A model generated the notes under the pieces. That model had not been told where the DNA came from. It did no database searches and saw nothing but the letters and a program-made list of their open reading frames with translations. Of a stretch of 64,000 nt of DNA, positions 59,633 to 64,000 are shown piece by piece (the stretch's first letter is position 1; each line of letters begins with the position of its first letter). Made by a program: the position numbers and the translations under genes. Source of the DNA: Candidatus Multivoradales bacterium. Lineage in GTDB: Bacteria; Acidobacteriota; Thermoanaerobaculia; Multivoradales; JAHEKO01. Where the stretch lies: contig CBDFIJ010000004.1 in the NCBI GenBank assembly GCA_965248055.1, positions 2,752,001 to 2,816,000 of the forward strand. Direction: 5' to 3'.

Positions 59633-60774
59633 GCTGCGATCAAGTCCGTCAACCATCGGTTGTAGAGTGCAATCTGGTGTTTCCAAGTCGTCGACTCCGC
59701 ACGTTGGCGAGCTGCCTCGCCCATGGCCCGCAACTGATCCGGGTCGTCCAGCAGTTGAGTAACCGCTGCCGCGATCGCACCGTGGTCGTTTTCCTCGACC
59801 ACCAGTCCGGTGTCCGAATCGGCTACCGCCTCCGGGAGTCCGCCGGAATTGCTAACCACTGCCGGTAGGCCGCAAAGAGCGGCTTCCAAAACGACGATTC
59901 CAAAGCCCTCGAAGTCCCCGTGGAAATTCCTTGAAGTGAGAACAAATAAATCGGCACAGCGGTACAGATCTGCCAGATCCTGGTCGGCAACCTTGCCCAA
60001 AGGGCGAACCTGGGGTGCGACGTTGAGAGCGGTTGACAGGTCCACCAGTTCATCCGCATTGGAGAGTAGGCCTGCGACGGCGTAAGTAACTTCAGGATGA
60101 TGTTCAAGTATTTGCGGCAAGGCGCGAACCACCAAGTCTTGGCCTTTGCGTGGCGTGACATTGCCCACCGTAAGCAGCAGCGGTCCGTCGGGGAGGTTGA
60201 AACGTTTGCGAGTCTGATTGCGGTTGTCTTTCTCGACGGGGCCGAATTTGGAGCCATCGGCTCCGTTGTGAATCACAGTGGTGGATGGGGACGCCATGCC
60301 CTCTGTACTCATAACTCGATGCGTGTGCTGGCTGACGCAGATGGTCCCAGTGACCCCGGTGAACGCCTGCCGCGTAAGGAGTCGGGTAAACGACTCGCCT
60401 TGGGAGAACTCGGTGCCATGTCCGATGGCAACCACTGGGCACAATCTGGGGGACAGATTGGACGCCAACAATACGGCACTCCTGCCGGTGGCGACGATCA
60501 GATCCGGTTGGAAGTCTTGCTTCATTTGGCGGAGCCGTCTGGAGTCTCCGACGACGCGGTGGATCGGAGAACTGCGTGATTCCAAGCGTTCTACCGGAAA
60601 GGGCAGGTCTCGCACCCACGCTTCAATCTCTTGCTCCGTGGCGTAGTCCTGCCTCGACAATACTCGAACTTCCCAGCCCAACTTGGCTAACCCTGAGGCC
60701 AGTTGATAAGCGTGCTGGCCAATCCCGCCCGGTCCAGGGGGAAACTCAGAAGACACCACTAAGATCTTCGGCAC
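59629..60774 (-). CDS. Glycosyltransferase family 4 (PimB-like)
   Basis: SEFPP..GGI, TVGN...RKGQD, EGFGIV.LEA...G.P.V....GG..EAV. Confidence 0.92.
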   Translation of the reverse strand: MPKILVVSSEFPPGPGGIGQHAYQLASGLAKLGWEVRVLSRQDYATEQEIEAWVRDLPFPVERLESRSSPIHRVVGDSRRLRQMKQDFQPDLIVATGRSAVLLASNLSPRLCPVVAIGHGTEFSQGESFTRLLTRQAFTGVTGTICVSQHTHRVMSTEGMASPSTTVIHNGADGSKFGPVEKDNRNQTRKRFNLPDGPLLLTVGNVTPRKGQDLVVRALPQILEHHPEVTYAVAGLLSNADELVDLSTALNVAPQVRPLGKVADQDLADLYRCADLFVLTSRNFHGDFEGFGIVVLEAALCGLPAVVSNSGGLPEAVADSDTGLVVEENDHGAIAAAVTQLLDDPDQLRAMGEAARQRAESTTWKHQIALYNRWLTDLIAA

Positions 60775-60795
60775 GTCTCGTTCTCCCCAGAGTAC

Positions 60796-62394
60796 CTAAT
60801 TGAAGCGTGCGATTTGTGGATAGTGCTGCAGCATTGTTTTAGCTTGGCGATTTCGCACAGCCATCCGTAGGAATGTCACTGGCAGCGCCAATCCCGCGAG
60901 TATCACCCGTACGGCTTTCCGACTCAGCGAGCCGCGAATGCTCATTGTGCCGAGAACGGCGATCCACTTCAACCAGCGGCGTTTTCGCCGGCTGAGATAG
61001 CGGTGGCTCAAATAGAGTTCTGTAATCGAGGGCAGATGGAATTCAAACAAATGCTCGCGGCTTCCTTTGTAGGTTTTTTTTCGCGCTCCCCAAGTGCGCA
61101 GACCACCTTGCGGGGCGCGATCGTGAACCAGCGAGAGCTCCGGGTTCAAGACCATGAGAGCGCCGGACAAATAGGCACGAAACCCTAGGTCATGGTCGGC
61201 TCTGGCCCCTTGTTCATAAGCGAGATCGAAAAGGCCAGATTCGATCAACGTTTTCCGCGTCGCCAAGGTGTTGTTGGTGGGGAATACGTCGCTCACCCGG
61301 GTGCGGTCAAAATCAGCCCCAGGTTTCCTCTCTCCAGGTTCCAAAGCCACGCCACTGGAGACCCCGGCCTGGAATCGGCTGAGTGTTTTGAGGTGCCCTG
61401 CCAGAAGTTCGCGCGGGACTGCGTCGTCGTCATCGTCGATGAACAAGAAAGCCTCGGCGTTGGACTCGCGAAGTGCCAAATTTCTGGAAGAGCATTGCCC
61501 TCTTTTCGAGGGATTGTGGACGATCAAGGGCAAATCACCCGCTGAGCTCAGCCACTGCTGGTCGCGGTCCTCCTCCGGAGTTTGGTCGACTACGTGGACT
61601 TCTGTTGGCCGAATTGTTTGGGCGTCAAGTTGTGGCAGCAAACGTTCTAATTGGCGTGGTCGATTGAGTGTCGGGATGATGACTGCCACTTCGGGACGAT
61701 AGTCGGGCGTTACTTGATGGGTGTGAGGCTGGTAGGTGACCGAGGAGCGGGGCACAGACTTGAGTCGACCCCACAAGCGTAGCGCCTTGCTCGGCGAGAT
61801 TTGTCCGATCGCAGCTGCCAAAGCCCAGCCCAGCCATTTCACTCCCTGATCTTTGCTGACAATACGAAATGCGTCCTCCAAGGGGAGCTCGAATCGTTCG
61901 TGGGCAGAGTGGCCCCCGACCAAATGCGGAATGTGGCGGCAAAGTGCGCCGGCGCGAATCGCCCGTAGGCCGAAATCGAGCATCGCACCTTCGGCTGACA
62001 GGAATTCACTGTCGAAGCCATCCAGCGCCCGAATCAACGCGGTGCGAATTAAGGAACAGTGTGGATGGGCGCGCCAACTGGTGCATTCGATGTCAGAGGG
62101 AGGGTCAACTCCGAGCATCCAAGCCGGTCGGGTTGTGTCGAGGGTGTAGGGCGCCCCAGACGTTCCGAGACTCAACCCTGCGTGCCACAAGTCGCCAGAC
62201 TTCTTCAGTAATTGAACACACAGTTGTTCACTGGGTGGTCCTAGCTGTGAATTCCAGAGCAGCACAGCTTCTGGGTTGCCAGATAGCGTGGTGAGTAGGC
62301 TGCAGAGATCTGGTATTGAGATCGTGGGTCCGAGAGACCATGGTTGCGGTGGACCTTGCAGCGAAGCCAAAACGATTCCTGGTTTCTGGCTCAT
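60796..62394 (-). CDS. Glycosyltransferase family 2 with N-terminal degenerate GT-A-like domain
   Basis: C-terminal half VIIPT.NR, VVDQ, SRN, FIDDD, G.FD; N-terminal half GFD..F.....DFGLR. Confidence 0.82.
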   Translation of the reverse strand: MSQKPGIVLASLQGPPQPWSLGPTISIPDLCSLLTTLSGNPEAVLLWNSQLGPPSEQLCVQLLKKSGDLWHAGLSLGTSGAPYTLDTTRPAWMLGVDPPSDIECTSWRAHPHCSLIRTALIRALDGFDSEFLSAEGAMLDFGLRAIRAGALCRHIPHLVGGHSAHERFELPLEDAFRIVSKDQGVKWLGWALAAAIGQISPSKALRLWGRLKSVPRSSVTYQPHTHQVTPDYRPEVAVIIPTLNRPRQLERLLPQLDAQTIRPTEVHVVDQTPEEDRDQQWLSSAGDLPLIVHNPSKRGQCSSRNLALRESNAEAFLFIDDDDDAVPRELLAGHLKTLSRFQAGVSSGVALEPGERKPGADFDRTRVSDVFPTNNTLATRKTLIESGLFDLAYEQGARADHDLGFRAYLSGALMVLNPELSLVHDRAPQGGLRTWGARKKTYKGSREHLFEFHLPSITELYLSHRYLSRRKRRWLKWIAVLGTMSIRGSLSRKAVRVILAGLALPVTFLRMAVRNRQAKTMLQHYPQIARFN

Positions 62395-63605
62395 GAGGCA
62401 AGGACTCGCTGGTAGAGAGCTGCGAACTGTTCCGCCTGCTTTTCGATCGTGAACTCTCTGAGTGCGCGTTCGCGACCGGTTCGTCCCATCTTGTGGCGCC
62501 GTTCAGGGTCCCCGATGAGGGTGTCTAGAGCATTGGCCAGCGCACTGGGTTCACGGCGTGCAACGACCAGTCCAGTCACACCATGAACCACGTTTTCTGC
62601 TAGACCTTCAGCGTCACTGGTGACTACCGGTAGGCCGGACGCCTGGGCTTCCAAGACCGCATTGGAAAACCCCTCGGAAACTGCCGAGTGAAGAAAGATA
62701 TCCGCCTGATTCAGTTCCTCTAGTACGCCTGGGGCGGGCATCGATCCAAGCAACTGCACGTGGTCCTGGATCTGCAGCTGGTGCACCGCGAATCGGACTG
62801 CGGCTTCAAAGGGTCCTTCGCCCACAATCCGATATTGCAAATTCACTCCTCGGTTAATCAACAAAGCGATTGCCTGGAGAGCGTGCTCGTATCCTTTTTT
62901 CCAATGTAGACGTCCGACCGACAGGACGCGAATGGGTGTACACTGTGGTCGCCGCCGCTGTGCAGAGTTTTGAAATGGGGCTGAATAGATCGCGGGCGCA
63001 ATCAGCTTGAAAAATCGGTCCTCTGTCCAGCCTCTGTCCAAGGCGCGACCTTTCAAATCTTCGCCCAGAAAATGAAACGCGTCGATCTCTCGCCAAATTA
63101 GTTTGTAAGTGTTGGGGTTGTCCAGTCCATGGAAAGCGATGTCATAGCCGCGGAAGCTGCAGACAGTCTTGACGTTGAGTAAGTGGCCCAGATGCGGCCT
63201 CTCCAAGGCGAGTGTTCCGAACTCAAAATGGACGATGTCGGGGCGAGCGGCAATCAGGGGGGCATCGACGTAGAACCGCTGTAGGCACCGCACAGTTCCC
63301 AGAAGCTTCAACCCGCGAACCAGGTAGCGGGCCGTGCGGATGGGTGCTATCAGCACACACCTCAACAACACCAAAGGTAGGAGAAGTAACACCAATCCGC
63401 GAGGCGCGAGCGGCCATGGTGTAGAGACACGATCTCGTAGTTCTTGGGATCCGGGCACGTCGGGCATCCGGTTCCATAGGTCACGGTTTGTTGCTTGCGT
63501 GACTATTGCCACGTCGATACCGTTGGCGACCAGTGCAGCGGCTTTGTGCCAGAGGAATACCTCGGAGAGGACCGGAAACTGCGCCATGACCAGTGCTATC
63601 TTCAT
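62391..63605 (-). CDS. Glycosyltransferase family 4 (WcaL-like)
   Basis: FP.LSE.F, SFRGYD, SVGRL.WKKG, SEGF.NAVLEAQA.GLPVV. Confidence 0.9.
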   Translation of the reverse strand: MKIALVMAQFPVLSEVFLWHKAAALVANGIDVAIVTQATNRDLWNRMPDVPGSQELRDRVSTPWPLAPRGLVLLLLPLVLLRCVLIAPIRTARYLVRGLKLLGTVRCLQRFYVDAPLIAARPDIVHFEFGTLALERPHLGHLLNVKTVCSFRGYDIAFHGLDNPNTYKLIWREIDAFHFLGEDLKGRALDRGWTEDRFFKLIAPAIYSAPFQNSAQRRRPQCTPIRVLSVGRLHWKKGYEHALQAIALLINRGVNLQYRIVGEGPFEAAVRFAVHQLQIQDHVQLLGSMPAPGVLEELNQADIFLHSAVSEGFSNAVLEAQASGLPVVTSDAEGLAENVVHGVTGLVVARREPSALANALDTLIGDPERRHKMGRTGRERALREFTIEKQAEQFAALYQRVLAS

Positions 63606-63762
63606 GGTCGGTCGTCAGAGTGTAAGGACTTCAGGTGATTGCGACTCGGCGCGCGGTTGGGGTGGGAGTCTTCGGGGTCTTTAGAACTTGGAATGGGAAT
63701 TTCTCCGAGTGGATGGTTGCTAGGTATAGCTACCAAGATCGGTCGGGTAAACCGATATGCCC

Positions 63763-64000
63763 TCACGACAGCGCTCCAGAAAACAGGCGGTCCATTGCGG
63801 CGATCTGTTGATCTAGGTCAAAGTCTCGCACCACCCGGGCTCGAGCGCTGCCACCGATTTCCGTGGCTAATCCGCGATCACTCAGAAGGCGAGCCACGGC
63901 GGTGGCAGTATCTTCCGGGTTCCTGGGGTCGACCAAGATTCCGTCGGTTCCTGACCGAATCGCCTCGGACATGCCACCGACCGTGCTACAAACCACGGGT
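63763..64000 (-). CDS. C-terminus of a GT4 glycosyltransferase (truncated by the window end)
   Basis: PVVCSTVGG..EAI..G.DGILV.P.....A.A..RLL.D...GGSARARV...FD. Confidence 0.85.
   Translation of the reverse strand, partial: PVVCSTVGGMSEAIRSGTDGILVDPRNPEDTATAVARLLSDRGLATEIGGSARARVVRDFDLDQQIAAMDRLFSGALS

Overview
A ~58-60% GC bacterial chromosome segment (GC estimated by eye). Gene order and the short PheT suggest Acidobacteriota, possibly Thermoanaerobaculia-like; this is inference only. The left two-thirds is mostly housekeeping: TPR protein-proS, a CNNM/CorC protein, two tRNA-Val genes, thrS, rpmI-rplT-pheS-pheT-zapB-zapA-6S RNA-rny-ymdB, sat/cysC with a sulfatase-like gene flanked by two paralogous GT-C-like membrane proteins, Trm112-ispA-tlyA-nadK-tamB-tamA/bamA, and CIRCE-controlled groES-groEL. 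The right third is a large minus-strand surface-polysaccharide cluster that runs off the window end. The most striking observation is two ~98%-identical 1084-bp IS481-like elements (9234-10317 and 36136-37219). Each is inserted in the same orientation with its 5-bp target duplication directly abutting the -35 hexamer of a canonical sigma70 promoter (rpmI operon; groESL). The transposase ORF has no stop codon inside the element and is phased so that a TTGA-type -35 box supplies its TGA stop. This suggests a promoter-targeting insertion sequence. Also noted: infC is absent from its usual slot, which instead holds an unlisted 56-aa Cys/His-rich ORF, and there is a probable sulfotransferase relic next to tamA/bamA.
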